Shown: positions 31,009-41,517 of the stretch, one piece after another
Layout: each line of letters opens with the position of its first letter
How positions within the stretch are numbered: position 1 is the first letter of the stretch
From: Methanobacteriota archaeon
Lineage (GTDB): Archaea > Halobacteriota > Bog-38 > Methanoflorentales > Methanoflorentaceae
Length of the DNA stretch: 64,000 bases
Reading direction: 5' to 3'
NCBI GenBank assembly: GCA_963720465.1
Contig: OY970393.1
Span: 1,056,001 to 1,120,000, forward strand
Translations under genes and position numbers: made by a program
Notes under the pieces: model-generated
Database searches by the model: none
Told to the model about the DNA's origin: nothing
The model's input: the letters and a program-made list of their open reading frames with translations, nothing else

Positions 31009-31752
31009 CTACTCCGACCAAGAGCTGGCGCACGACTTACAGCGCGGGTTCCTCGCCACCTTGACCTTGTCGAATGCCATCGTTTCGCCATCGTAGATGA
31101 GGAGTTCGTCGACCAATGGTACGCCTACGCCAGCTAAGCACTTAATGGCCTCTGTTGCTTGCAGCAATGCTATCACGCCTGGCGTCGTAGCTAATACCGG
31201 GAACACTGCGCGAGGCGGAGCGTGCGGATAGATACACTCTAGGCAAGCCGTCTTGCCCGGCAACACAGTAGTAAGTCGCCCTTCGTAGCCGTATACCGCG
31301 CCGTGGATCAGAGGGACGGAGTGAGCAATAGCCGCCGAATTTAGCATGTACCGCACCGCAAAGTTGTCCATAGCGTCGAGAATGATGTCGCAGCGTTTAG
31401 TGAGCTCAAGGACATTCTCGTCCTCGATAGTCAGATCGAATGCTTCAACACTAATCGTTGGATTGATCCGTTCCACTTTCTGCGATGCTGATTCGGCTTT
31501 TTGTTTTCCCAAATCTTCGTCCCAATGCAGTACCTGCCGGTTCAAATTGCTAAGCTCGACAGAGTCCATATCAATCAGCTGAAGATGCCCAACGCCCGCG
31601 ACAGCAAGATACAACGCCAGCGGGGAGCCGAGCCCGCCTAAGCCAGCTATGAAGGCGGTCGAGTTTTTCAGCCGTTCCTGCCCACTTTCCCCAAACCCAG
31701 GAATGATTATTTGTCGGTGGTATCGCTTACGATCGTATTCAGACAGAGACAT
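31009..31752 (-). CDS. ThiF/MoeB/UbaA E1-like adenylyltransferase
   Basis: RYHRQ, GLGGLG, SNLNRQ, CLEC, CKSC. Confidence 0.92.
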   Translation of the reverse strand: MSLSEYDRKRYHRQIIIPGFGESGQERLKNSTAFIAGLGGLGSPLALYLAVAGVGHLQLIDMDSVELSNLNRQVLHWDEDLGKQKAESASQKVERINPTISVEAFDLTIEDENVLELTKRCDIILDAMDNFAVRYMLNSAAIAHSVPLIHGAVYGYEGRLTTVLPGKTACLECIYPHAPPRAVFPVLATTPGVIALLQATEAIKCLAGVGVPLVDELLIYDGETMAFDKVKVARNPRCKSCASSWSE

Positions 31753-31838
31753 GAATGAAACCCCCAAACCGAGAACAAACCGGCCCCCTTGCACGTGCTA
31801 TGCTATGCGTTGCAGGGATTGGTGAGTTTTTGGCCAAA

Positions 31839-32252
31839 TCACATCTTGATTCTTTTTCGTTCAGTGTACAACGTCATCTGGATGTCCTTTCTAAACTCAT
31901 TGTCATACAGCAGCTCAAAATTGCCGTTCGGATCCTTGGAGCGCAGGTTATACACTTTCACTGTTTCCGTATCTATCGGGCCTTCAAGCATTTTTCCTTC
32001 GGGGATGTCTTTCGTAGGTTCATCCAGAATCTCGCAGACTTTCTCATCTCGTTTGATAAGCACATCAAAAATGGTGAGGTCTTTCTGTTTCAAAATGTCA
32101 AACAACGCTTCAGTGACCTTCTTGTGAAACGACTTTTTTTCTTGCCAAAGATTCATCGCCTTCACGATTCCGTGCAGCGCATCTGATACCGCTTCGTCGA
32201 CTTCGTCCTCACTCATGTCAGAAACGTTCATCGAATACGTCTTACTCGACAT
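31839..32252 (-). CDS. Hypothetical protein
   Basis: Protein-like composition (charged, amphipathic); no recognised motif. Confidence 0.55.
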   Translation of the reverse strand: MSSKTYSMNVSDMSEDEVDEAVSDALHGIVKAMNLWQEKKSFHKKVTEALFDILKQKDLTIFDVLIKRDEKVCEILDEPTKDIPEGKMLEGPIDTETVKVYNLRSKDPNGNFELLYDNEFRKDIQMTLYTERKRIKM

Positions 32253-32800
32253 AATAATAGCATACGAACCCGCGCCTCTTAAACCTGAAGCATCTTCTCG
32301 AATACTTCTTAGCTTTGGCATTCACGCGTGCCTCTCGGGCAATCTACTTGCTTCCCGTTATAGCGCCTCACGACCGTCGCAGTGCTAGGCTACATGAGCG
32401 CAAGAAGGCAAAGATGATAGGGGGCCATAATGACATCAAACCTAGCTCATATCATCGCAGATATTCTCGTGCGTTAGAAGCCACGAACAAAGATTGTTTT
32501 TAATCGCGACGACAAACATGCAGACGTAAATGGGACACGTCCGACAAGAAGCCAAACGAAGAACTGCGCTTTTATGTCAACTAGTATGATTGGAGGCACA
32601 AAGTTATTTAGAAGCTCAACGGCTGCGAAGCGTCTGGAAACAGCCTGCCCCCTAGGACGAGGCCAGCTGACACGTACCGGCTGAACGACGGATATCTAGT
32701 GGACAAACCGTAACAACGGTGCGAGTGTAGAGGGCAAAAAACTCACGCAGAAGCCGCAAGCGCACCTTGCAATCGCATACATCTCCATCTAAACTGCAGC

Positions 32801-33001
32801 TTAAGGTCGGTTTTGCACTTTCGATTCCCGGCCGGGACATTTCTTCATTGCGCGCATAAACCCAATGCCCCACTGAAATACGCAGAGCTCCTCGCCAGTC
32901 ACGGATTTCATTTTCTTGTAGTCGGTCAAGTTTTGATCCGCAAAGTAACTCTCGCACTCAGCGTGATACAAGCAGCTTCTTTCGATGCATTTACGCGTCA
33001 T
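32801..33001 (-). CDS. Small Cys-rich hypothetical protein
   Basis: MTRKCIERSCLYHAEC...CVFQWG...CPG. Confidence 0.35.
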   Translation of the reverse strand: MTRKCIERSCLYHAECESYFADQNLTDYKKMKSVTGEELCVFQWGIGFMRAMKKCPGRESKVQNRP

Positions 33002-33244
33002 AATCTCAGTAAAAAGTGTGCAACGCATCTACCTAAACATTTTCGCCGGCGTCTGGCGCGGTCCGAAGGAGTTGCAATCTTGTGCGGGACAAAACCCTGA
33101 CAAGAGCATTCAGATGCTTGGGCAGATTTTGTTTCACGTACTGAAGGCAGTCACCCATCCTCACGTAAGTTACGGCTTGCGAGGGGCGTCTTCGAGTTCA
33201 GAGCCCGTTCCAGCGACTCACGTTGGCGCGGCGATAGCTGGTGC

Positions 33245-33610
33245 TTAGTCGCGTTTTTCATATACCTTATCGGGATTGAACACCTTATCGCCTATTGTCC
33301 GCCCGTCGATAGTCCTGAAGAAGCACGACCAGAAGCCAGTGTGGCACGCCGCTGTAACTTGATCTACCTTGATCACAAGCGCGTCCGCATCACAGTCAAC
33401 CAAGATCTCCTTTACCCGTTGAACGTGGCCCGATGTCTCCCCCTTTTTCCAAACGCGCCGGTTTATTCGGCTCCAATAATGGACGCAGCCTGTTTTTCGG
33501 GTCATCTCGAATGCGTCCTTATCCATAAAGGCGATCATCAGCACTTCCCCGGTCTCGTTGTCCTGCGTAGCGACCGGAATGAGGCCATTTTTGAAATTAA
33601 GCTCCACCAT
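33245..33610 (-). CDS. hisI: Phosphoribosyl-AMP cyclohydrolase
   Basis: GLIPV..QD, WKKGETSG, DCDAD, ACHTG..SCF. Confidence 0.94.
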   Translation of the reverse strand: MVELNFKNGLIPVATQDNETGEVLMIAFMDKDAFEMTRKTGCVHYWSRINRRVWKKGETSGHVQRVKEILVDCDADALVIKVDQVTAACHTGFWSCFFRTIDGRTIGDKVFNPDKVYEKRD

Positions 33611-33632
33611 TGTTGATCCCTCGATGAGAAGT

Positions 33633-34109
33633 CTAGCTTGACGTGCGTTGCGCGTACATTGACCGCGCTTCTTGAAGGGTTTCGCCATCAGAGTTGATGG
33701 CCGCACCAGCGACGCTGCCCACAACAAGAACGTGATCTCCGGCCCCTCTGGTCCACTTCAAGTTACAGTCGACAAATGCCAAGCAGTCTTTGAGGATGGG
33801 CGAGCCTGTACTCCCCAGATCGTACTCCGTCGACGCGAACTTCTCAACTCTCCTCCCTGAGCTCTTGCCGAAGACATCAACCAATTCCGCTTGATCAGTT
33901 CTGAGAATGTTAACTGCAAAAGCATTGCTATTGACGATGAGCTCGTAGGTGTAGTGCAACGGATTCACTGCTACCATAATCAGCGGCGGCACGAACGACA
34001 CCTGGGTAATCCAGCTTGCGACGAAGCCGCTCGCGTTCCCCGCACAGCGGGCTGTTACAATCGCTATTGGGTTTATCAGTTTCCATAGCACGGTCTGCAC
34101 GACATTCAT
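33633..34109 (-). CDS. Flavin reductase family protein
   Basis: SWITQVSF.PP, FAVNIL, SGR..EKF, GDH. Confidence 0.85.
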   Translation of the reverse strand: MNVVQTVLWKLINPIAIVTARCAGNASGFVASWITQVSFVPPLIMVAVNPLHYTYELIVNSNAFAVNILRTDQAELVDVFGKSSGRRVEKFASTEYDLGSTGSPILKDCLAFVDCNLKWTRGAGDHVLVVGSVAGAAINSDGETLQEARSMYAQRTSS

Positions 34110-34136
34110 GAACAGTCTCCTGTAGTCCGTTTTGCC

Positions 34137-35366
34137 CTATGCGTGGCTCAAGACGCGATCGATAATCTCCTGAACGCGGAGTGATTCTTGTTCACCGGTT
34201 CTCAGATCGCGCAGCGTTAGTTTTGAGGTCTGCATTTCACTCTTTCCGATAATGACGGCGAAGTCGAAACTTGCGCTGTTGGCATACGTCAACTGCGCAC
34301 GAACCGTTCGCCCCATAACGTCAACATCCGTGGAGACGTGTGCCCGTAACTCATCGGCGATGCCGAGCGCGTAGATGCGCGCGTCCTTGGTGGGGACGAC
34401 TATAATCCGCGGCGGCTCTTCGCCAAGAATGGTGACGGCCCGCATGATCCGGTCAAATCCAATTCCAAAGCCTGTTGCCGGCACGTCATCGCCGCCGAAG
34501 AGGTGTGCCAGCCGGTATGCGCCCCCTCCGAGAACTTGGTTTTGAGCGCCGAGGCCGTGAGCGTAAGCTTCAAAGACGATCCCGGTGTAGTCCTCGAGCC
34601 CTCTCGCGATGCCGAAATCAACAGCATAATCTATGGCGAGCGTGTCAAGCAGCTCAAGAACCTGCAAGAGGTGATCGGTCGACGCAACGCTCTGCGCTTC
34701 GCTCAGTGGGTCTGGCGCTTCGATGATGCTTATGGCGGTGTCGCCGTGTGGGAGCTCCTGCAATCGATCGAAATCGCCCTTGTCGATTAAGCGCATCGCG
34801 AAGGCACGGGTTTCGTCATCAAGCTCGCAAAACACGGCCCTAAGGACGTCCAGAGAGCCAACGTGGATCTTTGCCTCAAGCCCTACGCTTCTTAGCATAT
34901 GCTGCGCAAGCGCGATAACCTCTGCATCTGCTTCTGGCCTCGCACTTCCGATGAGTTCGACGCCAAACTGCCAGAACTGCCTGTAGCGCCCGGACTGAGG
35001 GCGCTCATACCGAAAGCAGTCACCGAAATAGTAGAACTTGAGCGGCTTAGGCGCGGATTGCAGCTCGTTCACGTACACGCGCATGACGGGCGCGGTGAGC
35101 TCAGGCCGCAACGCTAGCGCGCGCCCCCCGCGGTCTGTAAAGCTGTAAATCTCGTCTGTTATCGCTTCTCCCGACTTGATCGTGAAAAGGTCGAGCGGCT
35201 CAAACGCCGGCGTTGCGATCTCGCCGTACCCCCAGCGCTCGGCCACGTTTCTGAACCGAAGCTCGGCAAAGCGGCGTTTTGCCATCGCACCGGGCAAAAA
35301 ATCGCGGGTGCCGCGGGGCCTTGTAAGCCGCCGTTTCACGTCCCGATTGTCTTCAGAAGCTTTCAC
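34137..35366 (-). CDS. hisS: Histidyl-tRNA synthetase
   Basis: RPRGTRDF, LRPELT, FRYERPQSGRYRQF, GGGAY, GFGIGFDR, anticodon domain. Confidence 0.94.
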   Translation of the reverse strand: MKASEDNRDVKRRLTRPRGTRDFLPGAMAKRRFAELRFRNVAERWGYGEIATPAFEPLDLFTIKSGEAITDEIYSFTDRGGRALALRPELTAPVMRVYVNELQSAPKPLKFYYFGDCFRYERPQSGRYRQFWQFGVELIGSARPEADAEVIALAQHMLRSVGLEAKIHVGSLDVLRAVFCELDDETRAFAMRLIDKGDFDRLQELPHGDTAISIIEAPDPLSEAQSVASTDHLLQVLELLDTLAIDYAVDFGIARGLEDYTGIVFEAYAHGLGAQNQVLGGGAYRLAHLFGGDDVPATGFGIGFDRIMRAVTILGEEPPRIIVVPTKDARIYALGIADELRAHVSTDVDVMGRTVRAQLTYANSASFDFAVIIGKSEMQTSKLTLRDLRTGEQESLRVQEIIDRVLSHA

Positions 35367-35546
35367 GCGTCTTATCTTCTCCTCAAAGCTTTCTTATGGC
35401 TCGTTACACGATAGAAGTGAACAGACCGTATTTAACGGCTCCGGCCTACCCTGATTGCCGGCTGTCCGTTCGCGCGTCGATCATGTTGGCCCGTTGTGGT
35501 TCTCGATGTGGTGTATTTATTACACTTGCTAAGAACATAACTGCGC

Positions 35547-36347
35547 ATGCCTAGCCTGGAGACAATACTCAATAGGCTCGTCGACGGAGAGGTTTCGAAA
35601 CAAGAAGCTGCACAACTCATTCGACGCGAGATCACTATTGATGGATATGAAAAGGTTGCTGAAATTGCGAAGCTAGATACCGCACGGCTACATCGGGTAG
35701 GAATTCCAGAAGTTGTCCTAGCAGAAGGCAAAAATGCGCAAGATCTCGTCGCTATTGTCAAGGCGCAGCTCAAGGTGGAAGGGCGCGTCGTACTTACTCG
35801 AGTAACAGAGCACCAGTTGCGGGCACTCAAAGACTTTGACGTCGAATGGCACGATCGAGCGCGCATCGCAGCTATTGGAGAAAAACCGCACGTTGAACCC
35901 CCTTACGGACTTGTCGGCGTTGTATGCGCCGGTACTGCAGATATCTCTGTTGCAGAGGAGGCCCGCATTCTCGCTGAAGAACTAGGCTGCAAGACAATCA
36001 TATCGTACGATGTAGGCGTAGCGGGCATTCACAGACTGTATCCAGAGCTTTCCAAACTGCTAGACACAGACGTGCTCGTCGTCCTTGCTGGCAGGGAGGG
36101 AGCCCTCCCCACCATTGTAGCAGGCTTGACTGACATCCCGGTGATAGGCGTTCCGGTCTCCACTGGGTACGGCTTAGGCGGTCAAGGAGAAGCTGCCCTG
36201 CTAGCAATGCTGCAGTCGTGCTCGGTATTGGCCGTCGTGAACGTGGATGCAGGCTTCGTGGCCGGCGCTTTCGCAGCAAAGATCGCGAATCGTGCGGCTC
36301 GTACTCGACAAGAAACCTCTTTACCAGATATACAAAACTGCGGCTGA
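35547..36347 (+). CDS. larB: Nickel-pincer cofactor biosynthesis protein LarB (PurE-like)
   Basis: GIPEVV.AEGK, AGTAD..VAEE, DVGVAGIHRL, AGREGALP, PVSTGYG. Confidence 0.9.
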   Translation: MPSLETILNRLVDGEVSKQEAAQLIRREITIDGYEKVAEIAKLDTARLHRVGIPEVVLAEGKNAQDLVAIVKAQLKVEGRVVLTRVTEHQLRALKDFDVEWHDRARIAAIGEKPHVEPPYGLVGVVCAGTADISVAEEARILAEELGCKTIISYDVGVAGIHRLYPELSKLLDTDVLVVLAGREGALPTIVAGLTDIPVIGVPVSTGYGLGGQGEAALLAMLQSCSVLAVVNVDAGFVAGAFAAKIANRAARTRQETSLPDIQNCG

Positions 36348-36370
36348 GAGGCGGCAGCGCGCATGCACGG

Positions 36371-36859
36371 CTACCGCAGAAGCAGCCCGATTTTTTGCTT
36401 AATCTCCTCGAGGCTTTCCGTTTCGAAACCAAAATAGTCCGCGAAAGCTTTCGTAGTCCGGAGCATTCGTGTTCTTCCGTAGCGCTCCGATTCAACGAGC
36501 TTGCGCGCCTCGAGGTCATGCACATGCCCGTACGCTTTGTTGCCTCGAATTTCGGCTACCTTTGATTGTGTGACCGGTTGATGAAACGCAATAACGGCAA
36601 GCGTACGCAGCACGGGCGTTTCGAGATCACGCTGAGCGATCGTGCGGACTGCATCAGCATATTCGCCCTTCACCTGCATGACGATGTCTTCGTCAGTTTG
36701 GACGATCTCAAGCGCGCCATTCTCCCGATATTCTTCGATGAGCGATTCGACGAGTTCTTCGACATCAGCGTCAGGGCTCACGATAGACTCTAGTTCGAGA
36801 AGGGTCAACGGCCTGCCTGCAACGAAGAGCGCGGCCTCGATGAGATCTCTAGCGTTCAT
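36371..36859 (-). CDS. scpB: SMC-Scp complex subunit ScpB
   Basis: IEAALF, TLAVIAFHQPVTQ, TT..F..YFG. Confidence 0.92.
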   Translation of the reverse strand: MNARDLIEAALFVAGRPLTLLELESIVSPDADVEELVESLIEEYRENGALEIVQTDEDIVMQVKGEYADAVRTIAQRDLETPVLRTLAVIAFHQPVTQSKVAEIRGNKAYGHVHDLEARKLVESERYGRTRMLRTTKAFADYFGFETESLEEIKQKIGLLLR

Positions 36860-36885
36860 TACCGTTCATGAACGCTGGAAGGGCG

Positions 36886-37581
36886 TTAAAGGTTTTTGCA
36901 TTGGATCAAGATGTCACCGAATAGTTCCTTTTGCTCAAGCTGTATCTGTCGCCTAGTTGCCATGAAGAGCAATGGTATGTAGGTTTGTACGATATGCTCA
37001 GCAGTATTATCAATGACAAGCTCGCTAAAGAGCACCTGATCCTGCTTCCCGAAGCGTCGCTTAAGCTCGCGTTGCACTCGTTTGACCTGCCGCTCGATGT
37101 CTTCAGTGTGCGCCACCGCAAAAGCGTCAAACTCCTGTGCTTGCAGCTGTATGAGCCGGCGGACGTCTGACTTTTCCCTTCGCTTTGTCGCTTTTTTAAG
37201 CTCGTGGATGAGCTCTGATAGAGTGACACGACGCTTCGCGTGCCGCCGTACCTTAGGCTTGAGCGCGGGGAAGCACGCGCGAAGGTCTTCATCCAGCAAT
37301 TCTTCTTCGTTCAGGTCTTGCGGTTCCGATTCCTCGAGCGCGTCCGCCTTCATCCTCAGCAGTATCGATGCAAAAAGGAGCGTTCGGCTCGACACCCGCA
37401 AGTCGAGTTTTTCGAGCTCCGCGACTTGGGCCAAGAACTTGTCGGTAACGTCAACGATGTCAATATCCCACGGATCGATCTCGCCGTTTTTCGCGAGCGA
37501 GACCAAAATGTCGATTGATCGCTCATCAAAATCTTCAGGCGCTTCACCGTTCGCGGTGGCGCCGCGTCCATCGCTGGTCAA
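36886..37581 (-). CDS. scpA: Kleisin ScpA
   Basis: IDPWDIDIV.VTDKFL, ASILLRMK, QKELFGDI. Confidence 0.92.
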   Translation of the reverse strand: MTSDGRGATANGEAPEDFDERSIDILVSLAKNGEIDPWDIDIVDVTDKFLAQVAELEKLDLRVSSRTLLFASILLRMKADALEESEPQDLNEEELLDEDLRACFPALKPKVRRHAKRRVTLSELIHELKKATKRREKSDVRRLIQLQAQEFDAFAVAHTEDIERQVKRVQRELKRRFGKQDQVLFSELVIDNTAEHIVQTYIPLLFMATRRQIQLEQKELFGDILIQCKNL

Positions 37582-40500
37582 TTAAGCTTCACCCCAGTGA
37601 CGCTCGAGATGTTGCCCTCCTGCATAGAGACGCCTATCGTGCGACTGGCCGCTTCGATCATGGGTTTTCGCAGCGAGACAACTATAAACTGAGCGTTCGA
37701 GGAGAGTTTCTTAATCATGTGTGCGACGCGTTCGGCGTTTGCACCGTCCAAGAACATGTCGATTTCGTCGAACATGTAAAACGGCGCCGGCATGTACCGT
37801 TGAATGGCGAAGATCATCGCCAGCGCTGCAAGGCTCTTTTCTCCGCCCGACATCCCCTCGATTCGCTGCACGTGTTTGCCCTGTTGCCACGAGTGGATGA
37901 AGAGGCCGCCATCGAAGGGATCCTCGTAGTTCTCCAGAGCAAGCTCACCTGTGGCCCCCGAGAGTTCGACGTAAATATCCTTGAAGTTCGCATTTATGCT
38001 TTCAAACGCCGTGAGCAGAGCCTCCTTTTTCATCTGGCCGTAGCGGTCGATGCGTTCGAGTATCTCAGCGCGTTCATTGAAAAGCGTGTCCTTGCGTGCG
38101 GCGAGATCCTGTTGTCGCCGGGCGACGTTGTCATAATCCTCGATTGCCCGCATGTTGACGTCATTCATCGACTCGAGCTGCGCTTCGAGGGTTCTCAGCG
38201 CTGCCACGACAGCCTCATGCGGCTCATCAGGCCGCACGTCGTCGATCTCGCCCGCTTCTGCTTTGAGTTCGTCTCGACGGGCTTCAAGCTCCAGCCGCTG
38301 ATAATCAAGGGTTTCGATCGCCTGCTCGGTGCGATCAATCTTGCGCTGAAGATCCATTTTCTCCGTCTCCTTTAGGCTGATCTGCTCCAGCAGCGCATCG
38401 CGTCCTTCACGCAGTTCTGAAAGCTCGCGTGCAAGTTCGCGCTCGCGGCCACAAACGTCGGCGAGCTCCTGTTCCAGGTGCGTAGCAGCCTCGGAATGCT
38501 CACGGATACTGGCGCGGAGCTCCTTGATCCCCTCATCGGTCGTTTCCAAATGCTCCTTAGCGTCAGCAAGCTTCTTCTCGTTATAGTCTTCCTGCAGGCG
38601 GAAATCAGCGATGGTTGCGTCGCATTTGCTGATGCGGGCCTGTAGCCGTCTGACCTCGTCCGCGATCTGAGCGAGGTTTTCAGTGAGCTTTGACGCGTCG
38701 GTGCCCTTGAGCCGCTTTTCAAGTTCAGTTATATCCTGCTCAAGGGCGGCAACGGCTGAAGCGTGTAGCGCCTCCTGTTCCTCAAGCTCATTAATCTTCA
38801 CGCCCGCCTGCTCTTTCTCTGCCCGCATAGCAGCGAGGTGGGCGATTTCCGCGTCCGTTTCTGCGTTAGCCTGCTCCTTTCGCGCCTCGAAAACCTTAGT
38901 CTCCCGCGCCAAACGCTCCCGCTCACCCTCAGCTGTGACGAGCTCATGCCGTGCTTGCAGCAAAAGGTCATCCACGTCGTTGAGCTCTTGCTGCAGGCGC
39001 TCACGTTCCTTTTCGTACTCGCGTATCTGGCGACTAAGCTTGTGCAGCTCTTGCTCCTCGCCGGCGATAAACCTCAGCGCCCGGCGGTCGATGCCTCCCG
39101 TCATGGCACCGCTCATTTCGAGCAGCTCACCCTCAAGCGTCACCATGCGGTACTGGCCAATAAGACCCCGGGCCGGCCCGAGCTCAGTGACGACAACGGT
39201 CTTGCCAAACACGTATGAAAATGCCGCTGCGTACTCCGGGTCATAATCAACGAGATTAATGGCGTAATCGACGATGCCGTCGCGCGGAGGGAGCACTTCG
39301 CGGTGCACGGACTTCATCTTGTTCAGAGGCAGAAGCGTCGCGCGGCCCACGTTCTGCTCTTTCAAATAGGCGATAGCGTGCGCCGCGTCTGCATCGGTGT
39401 CGACGACAATGTTTCGCAAGCGCGGGCCCGCCGCAATTTCGAGAGCCGTAGTATACCTCGGATCGACCTTGCCAAGCTCGGCCACGACGCCCCGCACCCC
39501 GGGCAACTGGGCGGTCATTATCGCTTCCACCGCTTTGCCGAAACTCTCTTTTAGGCGCGCTTCGGCGCGAACGAACTCCTGATGCGCTTGGTTCAGCCGC
39601 CTTTCAACCGTTTCCGTGGCGAGCTTTAGGTCCTCTCGTTGCACCTCAAGGTCTTTTATGTTCTCGCGCGCGTTCTCCAGTTTTTGCGTCAGCGCGGCGC
39701 GATCCTTATAGATCTTCTGCAGATCACGCTCTATGGAAGCCACGTCTGAACGCACGGCGTCAATCTTCCCCTCGAGCGCGTGTACGTCCGTTGAGGCGCG
39801 ACGTAAGACATCGAGCACCCTGTCGCGGGCGCGTACGACGTCCCCCCGCTTGTCCTTTTCCTCGCCAAGCGCTTCGCGCTTTTCGAAGAGTTCGTCGCGC
39901 GCCTGAGTCACATTTTCGTCGAGCGTAGCAAGCTGTTCTTTGAGCGCGTTGAGCTCCTGCTCCTGTTCTCCGAGCTCGCTTGAAAGGCTTGCCCGTCGCA
40001 CCGCTTCAGCTCCCAGATCACTCTGCAGTGCCTCGTGCTTCTGCTTGAGGGCGTTCACCTCGATGAACGCCTTGCGCTTCTGTGATTCAAGGCGCTCTGC
40101 CTCCTTAGTCACAAAATCGATCCTACTTTGATGTTGCCCAAGACCGCCCTTGATACTCTCTATATGTTTTGTCAATTCGAATTGCTCGTTTTCGCCTTTT
40201 TCAGACACGGCGCTGTTGAGTGCGCTCAACTGACCCTCAAGATCGTAGATCGCGTCTCGCGTTGTGCTGAGCTCGTGAACCGTCTTGTCCTTGCTCCGCT
40301 GCTTGCGCGCCAAGTCGTCTTCAGTCGCCTTGATCTCGCGCGCGAGCTTGTAGAGCTTTGACGCAAACACCATTTTTTCGTAGTCCCGTTTCTTTGCTTT
40401 GAGCTCTTGATACGTGAGGGCGTGCTCCCTTTCGACTTTAAGCTGCTCGAGCCGGAGCGCTACCTCGTTGAGTATGATTTCGACACGTTCAACGCGTTCC

Positions 40501-41049
40501 CGCACTACTTCGAGCTCATCGAGCGCTCGATCCCGCCTTCGGTCAAACTCAGCAATACCGGCGATCTCGTCAATGATCTTACGGCGCTCAAGCGGGCTTA
40601 CCTCGATGATGCGCGTTATGTCGCCTTGGAGCACGACATTGTAGCCCTCTGGGGTGATGCACGCTTTCGAAAGAAGCTCGTGAATGTCTGCGAGCGTGCA
40701 CGGCTTGCCGTTGAGGTAGTAATAGCTGTAGTACCCACTTGCGGTGCGGCGCACCTTTCGGGCAACCGTCACTTCCGCGTCGGCAGGTAGTTCAGCGTCG
40801 GCGTTGTCAAACCTCACCTTGACCATTGCCTCGTCGGCACCGTTCCCGTTAAAAATCAGGTCGGTGAGTTTCTCAGCGCGCATAGTCCGCGAACTCGAGA
40901 GCCCGAGACAAAAAGAGTACGCTATCGACGATATTCGACTTTCCTGAACCGTTAGGTCCGGAAACAGCCGTAAAATCGTCAAAAAAGGGAATCTTCACCC
41001 TTTTCCCAAATGACTTGAAGTTGTGAATCTCAAGTTCGTTAATAAACAT
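37578..41049 (-). CDS. smc: Chromosome segregation protein SMC; +1 frameshift near 40910-40914 in this sequence
   Basis: ATG 41049 frame: MFINELEIHNFKSFG...GPNGSGKSNIVDSVL; the remainder (hinge, MSGGEKS, FDEID) is in the 37578..40982 frame. Confidence 0.93.
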
Positions 41050-41073
41050 CGTTTCGTCGGGCCGCGTGCCCGC

Positions 41074-41436
41074 TCACACTTCGCGATCAGCGATGATTAT
41101 GTCGTTGCCTAGGCGACGCTGGGGCTCTGGAGTGCAGTCCACATCCGCGATGATGAAGGTGGTCTTCTTTTTTCTCTGCAATATCGGAAGCGAAGGCTCA
41201 TCCGGCTCTGTTTCGCTTGGAAGCTCATTACTCTCATTCACGCGCGGAAGCAGTGCCATATCGTGGACTGAAGAACTGACGTCGACGAGCTGTTGAGTGA
41301 TACCGTTTAAGACGCTTGACAATTCAGCAACTTTATGCTCGAGATTCGTCACGCGCTGGTCGAGCGTCGAGCGCGGGACGCCTTGTTTGACCCTTAAGCG
41401 ACGCGGCACCTCATCTGGATCGTCTTGATAACGCAT
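41074..41436 (-). CDS. Small coiled-coil protein upstream of smc
   Basis: LDQRVTNLEHKVAELSSVLNGITQQLVD coiled coil, NDIIIAD tail; 24 bp before smc start. Confidence 0.65.
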   Translation of the reverse strand: MRYQDDPDEVPRRLRVKQGVPRSTLDQRVTNLEHKVAELSSVLNGITQQLVDVSSSVHDMALLPRVNESNELPSETEPDEPSLPILQRKKKTTFIIADVDCTPEPQRRLGNDIIIADREV

Positions 41437-41517
41437 ACCCTACCTCGTAGTGTAGTGCGGGGTTCGCACCTTATACTTTATGGTATGTACTCGAACCGCA
41501 AGCGACGTAATTCGGTT

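Noticed and set aside
34575-34610. HisS motif RGLEDYTG instead of RGL(D/E)YYTG
   Set aside because: One base change (TAC to GAC) explains it; cannot separate variant from sequencing error, and the other motifs are intact.
37578-40982. SMC-based defence system (Wadjet/Lamassu)
   Set aside because: Canonical smc-scpA-scpB with hinge domain, no JetD or effector gene, housekeeping context.
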